DNA of 44,165 nt from positions 1-44,165 of the forward strand of contig JBCBJQ010000043.1 of NCBI GenBank assembly GCA_038523235.1, given 5' to 3'. Position 1 is the first letter of the stretch, and every line of letters begins with the position of its first letter. Under the pieces are notes generated by a model that was given only the letters and a program-made list of their open reading frames with translations, did not search any database and was not told where the DNA came from. A program made the position numbers and the translations under genes. The DNA is from Cyanobacteria bacterium J06626_4. GTDB taxonomy: Bacteria; Cyanobacteriota; Cyanobacteriia; Phormidesmidales; Phormidesmidaceae. This document shows positions 18,207 to 27,451 of the stretch, piece after piece.

Positions 18207-19560
18207 CTTCATTTATCCCGTTTTGGCAGAGACTGCTCTGATTGACGAAACTGTCATTTTCAGCGCCTTGCTGATCGCCGCTTTGATTATTTTCCTGACG
18301 AGTCAGCTCTTAGGCGAGCTGTGCGTTTGGTTGAAACTCCCCCCCGTTTTAGGTCAGTTAGTCGGGGGCATTGTGCTCGGGGTCTCAGTGCTCAAAATCC
18401 TGGTGATGGCAGAAGGTGCAGCCGCCATCAACCCTGGCATCATTAATCTCATTTGCTGGACGACCGGGGCGAGTGCCGTTGAAGCCACGACGGCCTATCA
18501 ACATCAGCTCACCGGGATTTTCGAGGGGGCGGCCAATCTGGGTGTGATTGCCCTACTGTTTTTAATCGGGTTGGAATCCGATTTCGAGAGTCTGCTGAAA
18601 GTCGGGCCGAAGGCGGCGATTGTGGCCGGAGCCGGAGTCGTGCTGCCCTTTGTCGGCGGTACTGCCGGACTGATCGCGCTGTTTGGCACGCCGCTTTTGC
18701 CGGCCATCTTTGGCGGTGCCGCCCTGACCGCTACCAGCATTGGCATTACGGCCAAGGTGCTGAAAGAACTCGGACAACTGCAGTCAGAAGAGGGCCAGAT
18801 CATTATTGGCGCGGCTGTCTTGGACGATTTGTTAGGGATTCTGGTGCTGGCTTTGGTCGTCAGCTTAGTCAAAGAGGGGTCGATTAATGTGGCCGGTTTA
18901 GGGGTACTGCTGCTGAGTACGACTGCCTTTGTCGCCGGGGTAGCTTTACTGCGGCTGCCGATTATCAGAGCGTTTACGGTGATCACTGACAAGTTGCAGT
19001 CAGAAGACACCCTGCTGGTATCGGCAATTGTCTTTGCGTTGTTCATGGCGGCGATCGCCAACGCCATCCATCTCGAAGCGATTCTCGGGGCCTTTGCGGC
19101 GGGCGTCATTCTCAGTGGAATGCCTCATCGACACCACCTACTCGAAAAATTTGAGCCCGTCGCGGGACTCCTCGCACCGCTGTTCTTTGTGGTGGTGGGC
19201 GCTAAGACTGACCTGAGCGTCCTGAATCCGGCTCATCCGAGCAGTGCCGCAGGTCTCTGGATTGCGAGTTTCCTGATCATCATCGCGGTGGTCGGGAAAG
19301 TCGCGGCTGGCTATTTTATTCCCAACACTGGCACCCTGAACCGCCTCGCGATTGGCATCGGCATGGTGCCTCGTGGCGAAGTCGGACTCGTCTTTGTCGG
19401 CATCGGTTCCTCCATCGGCATTCTCTCCTCGGAGTTAGCGGCGACCGTTGTGCTGATGGTGGTCGTGACCACGCTCATTGCACCGCTGCTGTTGCGTTTC
19501 GCGCTCCCTGAGTCCACCCCATCATCCCCGGCCATCACCGAGGCGGTTTCCGATAGCTAG
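18187..19560 (+). CDS. Cation:proton antiporter, CPA2 family (NhaS3/NapA-like Na+/H+ antiporter)
   Basis: LPPVLGQLVGG, LLFLIGLESD, ATSIGITAKVL, GAAVLDDLLG (DD motif), GMVPRGEVGL; about 12-13 TM segments. Confidence 0.92.
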   Translation: MIFSTIDFIYPVLAETALIDETVIFSALLIAALIIFLTSQLLGELCVWLKLPPVLGQLVGGIVLGVSVLKILVMAEGAAAINPGIINLICWTTGASAVEATTAYQHQLTGIFEGAANLGVIALLFLIGLESDFESLLKVGPKAAIVAGAGVVLPFVGGTAGLIALFGTPLLPAIFGGAALTATSIGITAKVLKELGQLQSEEGQIIIGAAVLDDLLGILVLALVVSLVKEGSINVAGLGVLLLSTTAFVAGVALLRLPIIRAFTVITDKLQSEDTLLVSAIVFALFMAAIANAIHLEAILGAFAAGVILSGMPHRHHLLEKFEPVAGLLAPLFFVVVGAKTDLSVLNPAHPSSAAGLWIASFLIIIAVVGKVAAGYFIPNTGTLNRLAIGIGMVPRGEVGLVFVGIGSSIGILSSELAATVVLMVVVTTLIAPLLLRFALPESTPSSPAITEAVSDS

Positions 19561-19580
19561 AGCACCGGTTCAGTATTGCT

Positions 19581-19649
19581 AGAAACCCGGTTTCTTCATC
19601 GACTGAATATACGAGATTAAGCCTTTTCTAGCGGAGAAACCGGGTTTCT
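19581..19649. repeat. REP-like inverted pair AGAAACCCGGTTTCT ... AGAAACCGGGTTTCT
   Basis: Two near-palindromic 15-mers in inverted orientation, 39 bp apart, just after the antiporter stop. Confidence 0.75.
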
Positions 19650-19667
19650 GTAACGGCATTCTAGGCT

Positions 19668-19710
19668 CCTGTCGGCAAACACTTAATCGGCTGACCTGTT
19701 TGCCGACAGG
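19668..19710. repeat. 14 bp-stem hairpin (possible terminator)
   Basis: CCTGTCGGCAAACA ... TGTTTGCCGACAGG. Confidence 0.6.
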
Positions 19711-19818
19711 CTAGCTGCGCTTCCCCTTTTCTGGCCCATTCCATTGGCGACGAGCGTGCCCAGTGCACGAATGCCGCTCTCTAGCCGTCTCTCGCAACGA
19801 CTTCTCAGCGATCGATTA

Positions 19819-20206
19819 AACCTCATCCAGATTCAGAACTGGAGTTTTTACATCTGCCTGAACCTCACCGCCTGCGGCACCTCTCCTTACTAAGGAGAGG
19901 CTCATACACATCTCTAGAACTCAGCGTCAATAACAGATCCCCCACTGTCGCTGCCCCCTTAAAAAGGGGGCTCTATCCGATGCCAACTGGGATTTCCCCC
20001 TTTTTAAGGGGGATTAAGGGGGAGCCAATCTCAGGCGTGTTCTAAAGAATGACTTATGTATAAGCCGTAGCCTTGCCAAGGAGAGGCTTAGGGAGGCTTT
20101 GGTTCCTCTCCTAAGCCCTTCGGGCAGGCTTCGCCAAAGACAAGGAGAGGTTAGGTGAGGTTTTCCTGGCCACTCAACAACTACAGTTTTCATCTTGGTC
20201 TTGGTT
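19819..20206. mobile_element. MITE-like element, family A copy 2 (inverted relative to 4631-4806), expanded by nested insertions
   Basis: Both ends and the internal CCTCTCCTT/AAGGAGAGG hairpins match the reverse complement of 4631-4806. Extra block of roughly 170-190 bp starting near 19900 and a short insert near 20113-20141. Confidence 0.75.
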
Positions 20207-20246
20207 TGACTCAACCTTCTAATCCTTTACGAACGGAGTTTTTACC

Positions 20247-20576
20247 GTGAACTTTATCCCCAACGATGCCCTGTGCGAGCCAATCTTAGATGCCTGGATT
20301 CGCCAGCAGGTTGAACTGCTCAGTCCTCAAGCACTGAACGCCGGAGCTGAGATCAGCCCCGCGGCCCAAGTGCCCCACCGCAATTACTCGATCGCCTTCA
20401 ATGGCGAAGTGGTTTGTTGCTCACCCGAGAAAGCCTATGCCACGCTGCACTTTTTACAAGCTCTACAGGAGCGCAGCCAGCGAGACTTTGCCCATAGCCA
20501 GACTGGCCACAAAATTTTCTTTGATTCAATTCAGATAAAACGGACGTTTGACTTTGCGGAGGAAAAGCACCGATGA
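20247..20576 (+). CDS. Hypothetical protein
   Basis: GGAG RBS before GTG; 109 aa with plausible composition; no recognised motif. Confidence 0.45.
   Translation: MNFIPNDALCEPILDAWIRQQVELLSPQALNAGAEISPAAQVPHRNYSIAFNGEVVCCSPEKAYATLHFLQALQERSQRDFAHSQTGHKIFFDSIQIKRTFDFAEEKHR
20536..20551. promoter_or_regulatory. Candidate TetR operator upstream of the DUF1400 hydrolase
   Basis: TAAAACGGACGTTTGA, one mismatch to consensus, about 115 bp upstream of ATG 20668. Confidence 0.55.
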
Positions 20577-20667
20577 CTCTGTTCACGGTCAGCCACTGGC
20601 TGGCAACTCACAACCTGCTGATCTCAACCATGACCGTTTTGATGGCCGCGACTCTAGGAGAAAAACG

Positions 20668-22338
20668 ATGCCACTGACTCTTCAAACCTACTTTCATCGC
20701 CTCAGAAAATTTTCGACGCTCCCTCTCTGGTTGGGGCTCGGGGCCGGTGCCATCGCGACCCTGCCAGTTTGGGGCGCTGAGCGGATTCAATTTTTCTACG
20801 GGCCGTTTGAGGCCACGATCGCGCTCGAAGAGTTGGAGGCGATCGCGACTGACGGCGCTGATACTGATGCCGACGGTCTTCTCGTGAACCAGTTGAATGA
20901 GGATCAACTGACGTCACTGCAGGAATTCCTCAATACCGACTTCGACGTTGATGTCGTGATCATGTCACAGCTTAGCAACAGCAGCGTTGGTGAAGAGTTG
21001 CTAAATCGCTTAGGTCAGATTGTCCAGACGGAGAGTGGGCTCAATGGTGCGACAGCGATCCGAGCTGCCTTGATCCTGGCAGCTGCCGACGAGGCCGGAC
21101 TCAGCCTTCTGAACATCGTCCGGCAGTTTCCGCTGGACACCATTCAGCTCAACTTACCGTTAGTGCAAAAGGTGATCGCTGAAAACCAGACCCTATTTCA
21201 GCGTCAAATCGAGGTGGTTGATCACCTGCAACAGCAGGCTCAGAGGCAAGTTGAGCCTAGCGCTGAGTTCGGTTCAGCCCATGCTAGCGACCCGCGCCAA
21301 ACCGGCGACTATCCCTGGCGCGTAGAAACAGTGACCTTTATCAATCCAGAACGGCCAGCCTCATCAGTGGCTGATCTCTATTTACCCGATCGCCCATCAG
21401 CCACTCCCGTCATCGTCATTTCTCATGGCGCGGCCTCAAATCGCCAAGCCTTTGCTTACTTAGCCAAGCATCTAGCCTCCCATGGTTATGCAGTCGCCGT
21501 CTTAGACCACGCTGATACCAATGCCGAAAAATTTGAGCGGTTTCTCACCGGACTCGAAGGCCCCCCGGATGCTCAGTCGTTCCTCAATCGCCCGAAGGAC
21601 ATTGCCGCTTTGCTAGATACCTTAGAGCAACAGGCTGAAGCGCGATCGGAATTGCAGTGGCTCACGTTAGATGCGGTCGGGGTGCTGGGTCATTCTCTGG
21701 GAGGCTACACCGTACTGGCTGCCGCAGGGGCCGAGTTACACCGCCATCAACTGGCTGACGTTTGTGGTGACACGGTTGCTGAGCAGCCCCTGTTGAACTT
21801 ATCGATGCTGCTGCAATGCCGGTTTCTAGAACTACCAGCAGCCGCTGCCTTCGATGTCAAAGACGATCGTGTGCAGGCGGTGATGGCGCTTAATCCGCTC
21901 ACCAGCCACCTGTTTGGATCGGCAGGGATGGCAGCGCTATCAGTCCCGACATTACTGGTCGCGGCCACCGATGATTACTTTGTCCCGGCTCTACCCGAAC
22001 AGATCGAGCCCTTTGCCGCGATCGCCGCTGAAGATAAGTATCTTGTCGTGATTGAGAACGGCACTCACTTTACCCCGCTCGATTTTGGTGAGCAGGTGTT
22101 GCCTCTCCCTGATTTTTTGGTGGGTCCTGATCCGGCTTTGGCGCAACCAGCACTACAAGCGCTCACCCTCGCCTTTTTTAATCGTCATCTGAGCGAGCTT
22201 CCTGATTACAGCGCCTTTCTCAGCCAAACTTATTTCAACCAGCTGGCACCAGACCCCTTTCAGTTCAGCATTGTGCAGCAGTATGGCAATCCTCACTCTG
22301 CCAATAACGTGATGCAGCTCGAAACCCAAAAGTTTTGA
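20668..22338 (+). CDS. Exported alpha/beta hydrolase with N-terminal DUF1400 domain
   Basis: Signal-like region then AERIQFFYGPF (DUF1400 start), ISHG, nucleophile elbow GHSLGG, late NGTHF. AGGAG RBS. Confidence 0.85.
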   Translation: MPLTLQTYFHRLRKFSTLPLWLGLGAGAIATLPVWGAERIQFFYGPFEATIALEELEAIATDGADTDADGLLVNQLNEDQLTSLQEFLNTDFDVDVVIMSQLSNSSVGEELLNRLGQIVQTESGLNGATAIRAALILAAADEAGLSLLNIVRQFPLDTIQLNLPLVQKVIAENQTLFQRQIEVVDHLQQQAQRQVEPSAEFGSAHASDPRQTGDYPWRVETVTFINPERPASSVADLYLPDRPSATPVIVISHGAASNRQAFAYLAKHLASHGYAVAVLDHADTNAEKFERFLTGLEGPPDAQSFLNRPKDIAALLDTLEQQAEARSELQWLTLDAVGVLGHSLGGYTVLAAAGAELHRHQLADVCGDTVAEQPLLNLSMLLQCRFLELPAAAAFDVKDDRVQAVMALNPLTSHLFGSAGMAALSVPTLLVAATDDYFVPALPEQIEPFAAIAAEDKYLVVIENGTHFTPLDFGEQVLPLPDFLVGPDPALAQPALQALTLAFFNRHLSELPDYSAFLSQTYFNQLAPDPFQFSIVQQYGNPHSANNVMQLETQKF

Positions 22339-22521
22339 AGGCTGCAACGTCTCGTGAGCAATAACGGGTGAGCGATCAGCCGATTGCTCGTGCTCATCGA
22401 GTCTCTGAGGGGCGCTGTCCTGCTGATGAAATTTGCCCTTCGTAACCCAACTCAAGCTGTTTGTCTCAGTCCGAGACAAACAAAGATTTTTGTCCCCATT
22501 TTTGACATTGACACAGTAATT

Positions 22522-24309
22522 ATGACTTCATCAAACGCTCCAACCATCATCATCGGTGCCGGTTTTGCCGGACTGTTCACCGCTCTGCACCTGACCAACC
22601 AGGGCTATCCACACCCGATTATTCTGATTGATCGCAATGATCGCTTCTGCTTCAAGCCCTTGCTATATGACTATATGAGCGGTGAAATGCAGTCCTATCA
22701 GATCAATCCTGTGTATGTCGGATTGCTGCAGGGGCGCGACATTACCTTCATCAGAGGCACCGTAACGTCGATTGATTTAGAGTCGCGTCAGGTTTATCTA
22801 GCCAATGGCAGTGCTCAAGCATATGGCCATTTGGTCGTCACCCCCGGCAGTGCGCCAGCATTTTTTGCTGAGGGAGCAGCTGAACATGCCTTGACCTTTC
22901 AGAGCAAAGCCGATGCCGATGCCTTAAAAGAACATCTCATGGCGCGATGCTGCGATGCCGTGCAGCAGCCATCGCCAGAGGCTAAGCGATCGCTGCTGAC
23001 AATTGCCATTGTCGGCGGCGGCCCAGTTGGGGTGGAGCTGGCCTTAACGCTTGGCGACCTACTACCGCAATGGTATGAGGATGTAGCCAGTGAAATCGCC
23101 CCCGAGGTCACCACCCAGCCAGAAGACATTCGCATCGTGTTGTTCAATCGCAGTGACATTCTCAACGGCGACGTGAATAGTCGGCTCCGAGATACAGTCA
23201 TGTCGGCTATGGAAGATCGGGTGATTCAACCGGAGCTGATATTAGGCGCTTCGGTGACCGCAGTGCATCCGGATGCAGTCGAATTTGGGCGTGATGGCAA
23301 TTCTGAGCGCTTAGTCGCAAATACGATTGTTTGGACCGCTGGCACCAAAGTTCATCCGCTCGTTCAAGCGCTGCCTGTACCAGAGGGCCAACGGACAAAA
23401 CGGGGCCATCTCCTGGTTAAGCCCACGCTGCAGCTGCTCGCGCATCCCGAGGTTTTCGCCGCCGGCGACTGCGCTGTTATCGAATCGGATGAAGGCCATA
23501 CTGACCCGCTCCCGGCCACTGCTCAGGTAGCCTATCAACAAGGCGGCGCGATCGCTCAATCCTTGATGGCCAGAGCCAAACAGCAGGCCTCTCTGCCCGC
23601 GTCTAATGTGGGCCTGCGAGGAACGGTGATGAAGCTGGGGATGGGCACCGCAGTGGCAAATGTATTTGATCGCTACGAGATTGTCGGGACTTTAGGGCAG
23701 ACCATTCGTCAGGCGATGTACTTGAGCCTGATGCCCACACCAGCCCACAACCTGAGAGCAACCGTCGACTGGATCAAAGTTGATGTGTTTCAGGCCTATG
23801 TGCATGACTACGACGCGATTGACTACACCGCCGGTTACGAGGTCGAAGAACTGCTCACCCTCGCCACCGCCGTCACCCTAAGCGCCACCGCCGTGTCTAA
23901 GGCCGAAACCGGATTGATCGCGGATCAGTTGGAAGCAGTTGCCCTGAGGCAAGCGCTGGCGAAGGCGACGAGCCAATATCCTAATAGTCCTCTGATTCAT
24001 GCCTTGTTTGGGCACCATGCTAAGCGCCAGCTAGTTCTGAAGCAGACCAATAGGCGTGATCAAACATGGGAACAAATGCTCGCGTACGCCCTCGCTAAGA
24101 TCGATCAGGCGATCGCGATTTTGACCGAGAAAGCGACGCCGGAGGAACTGCGTGACTATCAAGAACTGGTTTATACCTGTTGCGATCGCGTCGCTCGCGC
24201 GGCGCGGCGGAGCCCCTTAGACCAGCAGCAGATTTCCCCAGCAGAAGCCGTCGTTCTCGCAAAAATAAAAGCTGCTCTCGGGTTGGCACAGCCGCATCAC
24301 ACGCAATAG
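22522..24309 (+). CDS. Type II NAD(P)H dehydrogenase-family flavoprotein with an additional C-terminal helical domain
   Basis: GAGFAG, FKPLLY, GGGPVGVELA, WTAG, FAAGDCA, PATAQVAYQQG, then about 160 extra C-terminal residues. Confidence 0.88.
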   Translation: MTSSNAPTIIIGAGFAGLFTALHLTNQGYPHPIILIDRNDRFCFKPLLYDYMSGEMQSYQINPVYVGLLQGRDITFIRGTVTSIDLESRQVYLANGSAQAYGHLVVTPGSAPAFFAEGAAEHALTFQSKADADALKEHLMARCCDAVQQPSPEAKRSLLTIAIVGGGPVGVELALTLGDLLPQWYEDVASEIAPEVTTQPEDIRIVLFNRSDILNGDVNSRLRDTVMSAMEDRVIQPELILGASVTAVHPDAVEFGRDGNSERLVANTIVWTAGTKVHPLVQALPVPEGQRTKRGHLLVKPTLQLLAHPEVFAAGDCAVIESDEGHTDPLPATAQVAYQQGGAIAQSLMARAKQQASLPASNVGLRGTVMKLGMGTAVANVFDRYEIVGTLGQTIRQAMYLSLMPTPAHNLRATVDWIKVDVFQAYVHDYDAIDYTAGYEVEELLTLATAVTLSATAVSKAETGLIADQLEAVALRQALAKATSQYPNSPLIHALFGHHAKRQLVLKQTNRRDQTWEQMLAYALAKIDQAIAILTEKATPEELRDYQELVYTCCDRVARAARRSPLDQQQISPAEAVVLAKIKAALGLAQPHHTQ

Positions 24310-24572
24310 GGATGCTGGCGTGATGATGGATACTTGACGTTGCAGTTCCCAACGTCAAGTATCCGTGAGCTACCGAATCCGTTTGTGGACGTTGCTTTAC
24401 CCAGCCCAGCCCAAAGCACGGTGTCTTGCCGGACGGGCCGCTGACGGTTACCGTCAGCGTTTTCCCACCGAAACCGGCCTGTTGCCCCGAAGCGGTGGGG
24501 CACGTTTCCATCCGGGGAAGGCGACCCGTTACAATCATGGCGTCGATTGTGCTGCCATTCTTCCCCGCTTTT

Positions 24573-26714
24573 ATGACCCACACCATCTGGCCCGGCAACC
24601 CACATCCCTTGGGGGCAACCTGGGACGGCCAGGGCACCAACTTCGCGATTTTTGCCGAAAATGCGACGGCTGTTTACCTTTGCCTGTTTGATGACGAGGA
24701 TGCGGAAACGCAAATTCAGCTGCCAGAATTGAGCAACTATGTGTGGCATGGGTATCTGCCCCAGATTGGCCCTGGTCAGCGATATGCCTATCGGGTCGCC
24801 GGGCCGTACGAGCCTGAGGAGGGGCAGCGATTTAACGTTCACAAACTGTTGTTAGATCCCTACGCGCAGGCGATCGCGGGCGATGTGCAGCATGGCGCGG
24901 CTATTTTTGGCTATCCCGTCGACAACGCGACCAAAGCCGATCGCGACCTCGATTTCTCTGACTTAGACGACAGCGAGCTGATCCCCCGGTGTGTGGTGGT
25001 AGACCCCACCTTTGAGTGGGAATGCGATCGCCATCCGGAGACGCCGTGGCACCGCACCATTATTTACGAAGCCCATGTCAAAGGGTTTACCCAGCAGCAC
25101 CCCGACATTCCCCCGGCGCTGCGGGGCACCTATGCGGGGTTAGGGCATCCTGCCGCGATCGCTCACCTCAAAATCCTTGGGGTCACGGCCATTGAGCTAC
25201 TGCCGGTGCATCATTTTATGGCCTATCCGGGCCATTTAGTCAGTGTGGGCCTGCGCAATTATTGGGGCTATGACTCCCTCGGCTATTTTGCCCCCTACTC
25301 GGGCTATAGCCCCCAGGGTAGCCACGGTGAGCAGGTGCGCGAATTTAAGGAGATGGTCAAGGCACTGCACCAAGCGGGCATTGAAGTCATTCTCGACGTG
25401 GTTTATAACCACACCGGCGAGGGCAACGAGTTTGGCCCGACGGTCGCTTTTCGTGGCATCGATAACCAGGCCTATTATCGTCTGGTCGAAAATCTGCCCC
25501 AGTACTATATGGATTTCACCGGTTGCGGCAATTCCCTCAACGTCTGTCATCCTCAAGTGCTGAAGCTGATTATGGATAGCCTGCGCTATTGGGTTGAAGA
25601 AATGCACGTCGATGGGTTTCGGTTTGACCTGGCCTCGGCGCTGGCCCGTGAACTTTACGAAGTGAATAGCTTGGCCGCGTTCTTCGACATCATTCATCAA
25701 GACCCCGTGTTGTCGACTACCAAACTCATTGCCGAACCCTGGGACATCGGTGAAGGCGGCTATCAGGTGGGTAACTTTCCGCTGCTGTGGTCGGAGTGGA
25801 ATGGCAAATATCGCGACACCATGCGCGACTTTTGGCGCGAAGAATCGAACTGCCGGTTGGGGGAATTTGCCTTTCGCCTGACGGGCAGCTCAGATCTCTA
25901 TGAATCGAACGGCAAGCGCCCCCACGCCAGCATCAACTTCATCACCTGCCATGACGGCTTTACCCTGCGCGATCTGGTCAGCTACAACGAAAAGCACAAC
26001 GAGGCCAACGGTGAAGGCAACCGCGATGGTGAAAGCTATAACCGCTCTTGGAATTGCGGTGTGGAAGGTGAGACGAATGACCTTGTCGTCCTGGAAATTC
26101 GCGCCCGCCAGCAGCGCAACCTGATCGCCACGCTGCTGCTATCGCAGGGCGTGCCCATGCTGTTGGGGGGCGATGAACTGGGGCGATCGCAGCAGGGCAA
26201 CAACAATACCTACTGCCAAGACAATGAACTGGCCTGGCTAGACTGGAACTTAGCGCCCGAACAAAAGGACTGCTTCTCATTTGTGCAGCAAATGATGGCC
26301 TTTCGCCAGGCTCACCCCGTCTTTTGGCGACGTGATTGGTTTCAAGGCCGCGAAATTCACGGTTCGGGTGTCGATGACATTGGCTGGTTTAATCCCGATG
26401 GCAGTGAAGTCAGCGACGCCGATTGGCAAGAAGCCGAGGCGAAAACCATTGGCGTTTTTCTCAATGGCGAAGAGATCCCTGAGCCTGACCTACAAGGTCA
26501 GCGCATTGTGGATGACAGTTTTCTGGTGCTATTCAACGCTCAGGCCGAGTCGCAAACCTTCGTCATCGCCGCCTCGCTAAGCGATCGCCCCTGGCAACTC
26601 ATCATCGATACTAAAACTGCCGCCGGCTTCGTGACGCCTGCCGTTGAGGTTGTGGGCGAGTCGCTGGTCGTGGGCGGGCGATCGCTCATGGTGCTGAAGC
26701 ATTCCCCCCGTTAA
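24573..26714 (+). CDS. glgX: Glycogen debranching enzyme (isoamylase)
   Basis: PLGATWDG, NYWGY, DVVYNHTGEG, VDGFRFDLA, IAEPWD, FITCHDGFTL, GNNNTYCQDN. Confidence 0.97.
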   Translation: MTHTIWPGNPHPLGATWDGQGTNFAIFAENATAVYLCLFDDEDAETQIQLPELSNYVWHGYLPQIGPGQRYAYRVAGPYEPEEGQRFNVHKLLLDPYAQAIAGDVQHGAAIFGYPVDNATKADRDLDFSDLDDSELIPRCVVVDPTFEWECDRHPETPWHRTIIYEAHVKGFTQQHPDIPPALRGTYAGLGHPAAIAHLKILGVTAIELLPVHHFMAYPGHLVSVGLRNYWGYDSLGYFAPYSGYSPQGSHGEQVREFKEMVKALHQAGIEVILDVVYNHTGEGNEFGPTVAFRGIDNQAYYRLVENLPQYYMDFTGCGNSLNVCHPQVLKLIMDSLRYWVEEMHVDGFRFDLASALARELYEVNSLAAFFDIIHQDPVLSTTKLIAEPWDIGEGGYQVGNFPLLWSEWNGKYRDTMRDFWREESNCRLGEFAFRLTGSSDLYESNGKRPHASINFITCHDGFTLRDLVSYNEKHNEANGEGNRDGESYNRSWNCGVEGETNDLVVLEIRARQQRNLIATLLLSQGVPMLLGGDELGRSQQGNNNTYCQDNELAWLDWNLAPEQKDCFSFVQQMMAFRQAHPVFWRRDWFQGREIHGSGVDDIGWFNPDGSEVSDADWQEAEAKTIGVFLNGEEIPEPDLQGQRIVDDSFLVLFNAQAESQTFVIAASLSDRPWQLIIDTKTAAGFVTPAVEVVGESLVVGGRSLMVLKHSPR

Positions 26715-26931
26715 CATGGCCCCGATGTCACCGCTGGGTGCCGAACAGTCGTGGTGGCTGCTAGGTTCAGATATTGAGTGAGGGGAACACACAATTCACC
26801 CGCGTTTAGCTATCCTTGAGCCAGTCAAGGGCATACCTGACCCCTGGCATCTTCCGTGGCCGGCCGGGTTGGGTAGCCATGGAGAACTTATTTGAGCACC
26901 GCTCCCTGAGCGTAAAAGCTCTAGCTCAAAT

Positions 26932-26961
26932 AAAAACTCCGCCCCAAGACTGAGGCGGAGT
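26932..26961 (-). terminator. Rho-independent terminator downstream of psaM
   Basis: ACTCCGCC ... GGCGGAGT stem followed by a T-run on the minus strand. Confidence 0.7.
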
Positions 26962-27007
26962 GCGATTGCAAGCCCACGACTCGCTGGTGCGAGTGAGGAC
27001 AGCTGAT

Positions 27008-27097
27008 TTACTTATACAGTTCGGTTGCGAGGCGGAGAGCCAAGAAACCGGGAACCAGGGCAACGGCCAAGGCGACGAAAACTTGAGTATCTGACAT
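27008..27097 (-). CDS. psaM: Photosystem I reaction centre subunit XII (not in ORF track)
   Basis: Hand translation MSDTQVFVALAVALVPGFLALRLATELYK*, with an AGGA RBS upstream. Confidence 0.95.
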   Translation of the reverse strand: MSDTQVFVALAVALVPGFLALRLATELYK

Positions 27098-27197
27098 TGC
27101 TATCAGTCCTTTTAAAAAACGCTAAGAGGTCTCACCGTAAGAGACTGAGTTAATTCTTGACCAAGAAGCTTATTTATCTACTTTTCGATGAGCAACT

Positions 27198-27215
27198 GTT
27201 ACACAGCGTTACCTA
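27198..27215. promoter_or_regulatory. HLR1-like (RpaB-binding) direct repeat upstream of psaM
   Basis: GTTACACA-GC-GTTACCTA versus consensus KTTACAWW-N2-KTTACAWW (2 mismatches), about 100 bp upstream of psaM. Confidence 0.5.
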
Positions 27216-27451
27216 AACCAGATATTTGGTTTCTTAACCTTGACCGGTCATGCTGGTAGTTTAAAGGTCTAGACCTATGCCTTCAGCACGGGGGGATCTG
27301 GCGGATCAAGAGCCCCTTTGCCACTGCTTGGCAATGGCAGCGAACTCTCCTCGATAGGTTAAGAAGCCGCTGTTAATTCTGAGTTGGTGACCTGAAACAC
27401 TTCCTTTTAGGAAGTCGCACAACATAATGACGCCAATGTTTAATCGCTGCT

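Noticed and set aside
20014..20214. 66 aa ORF (PHLTSPC..RRG)
   Set aside because: Translation of the MITE hairpins.
27213..27240. Possible Pho box upstream of phoU
   Set aside because: CTAAACCA and CTTAACCT are not on the 11 bp period and there is no third repeat.
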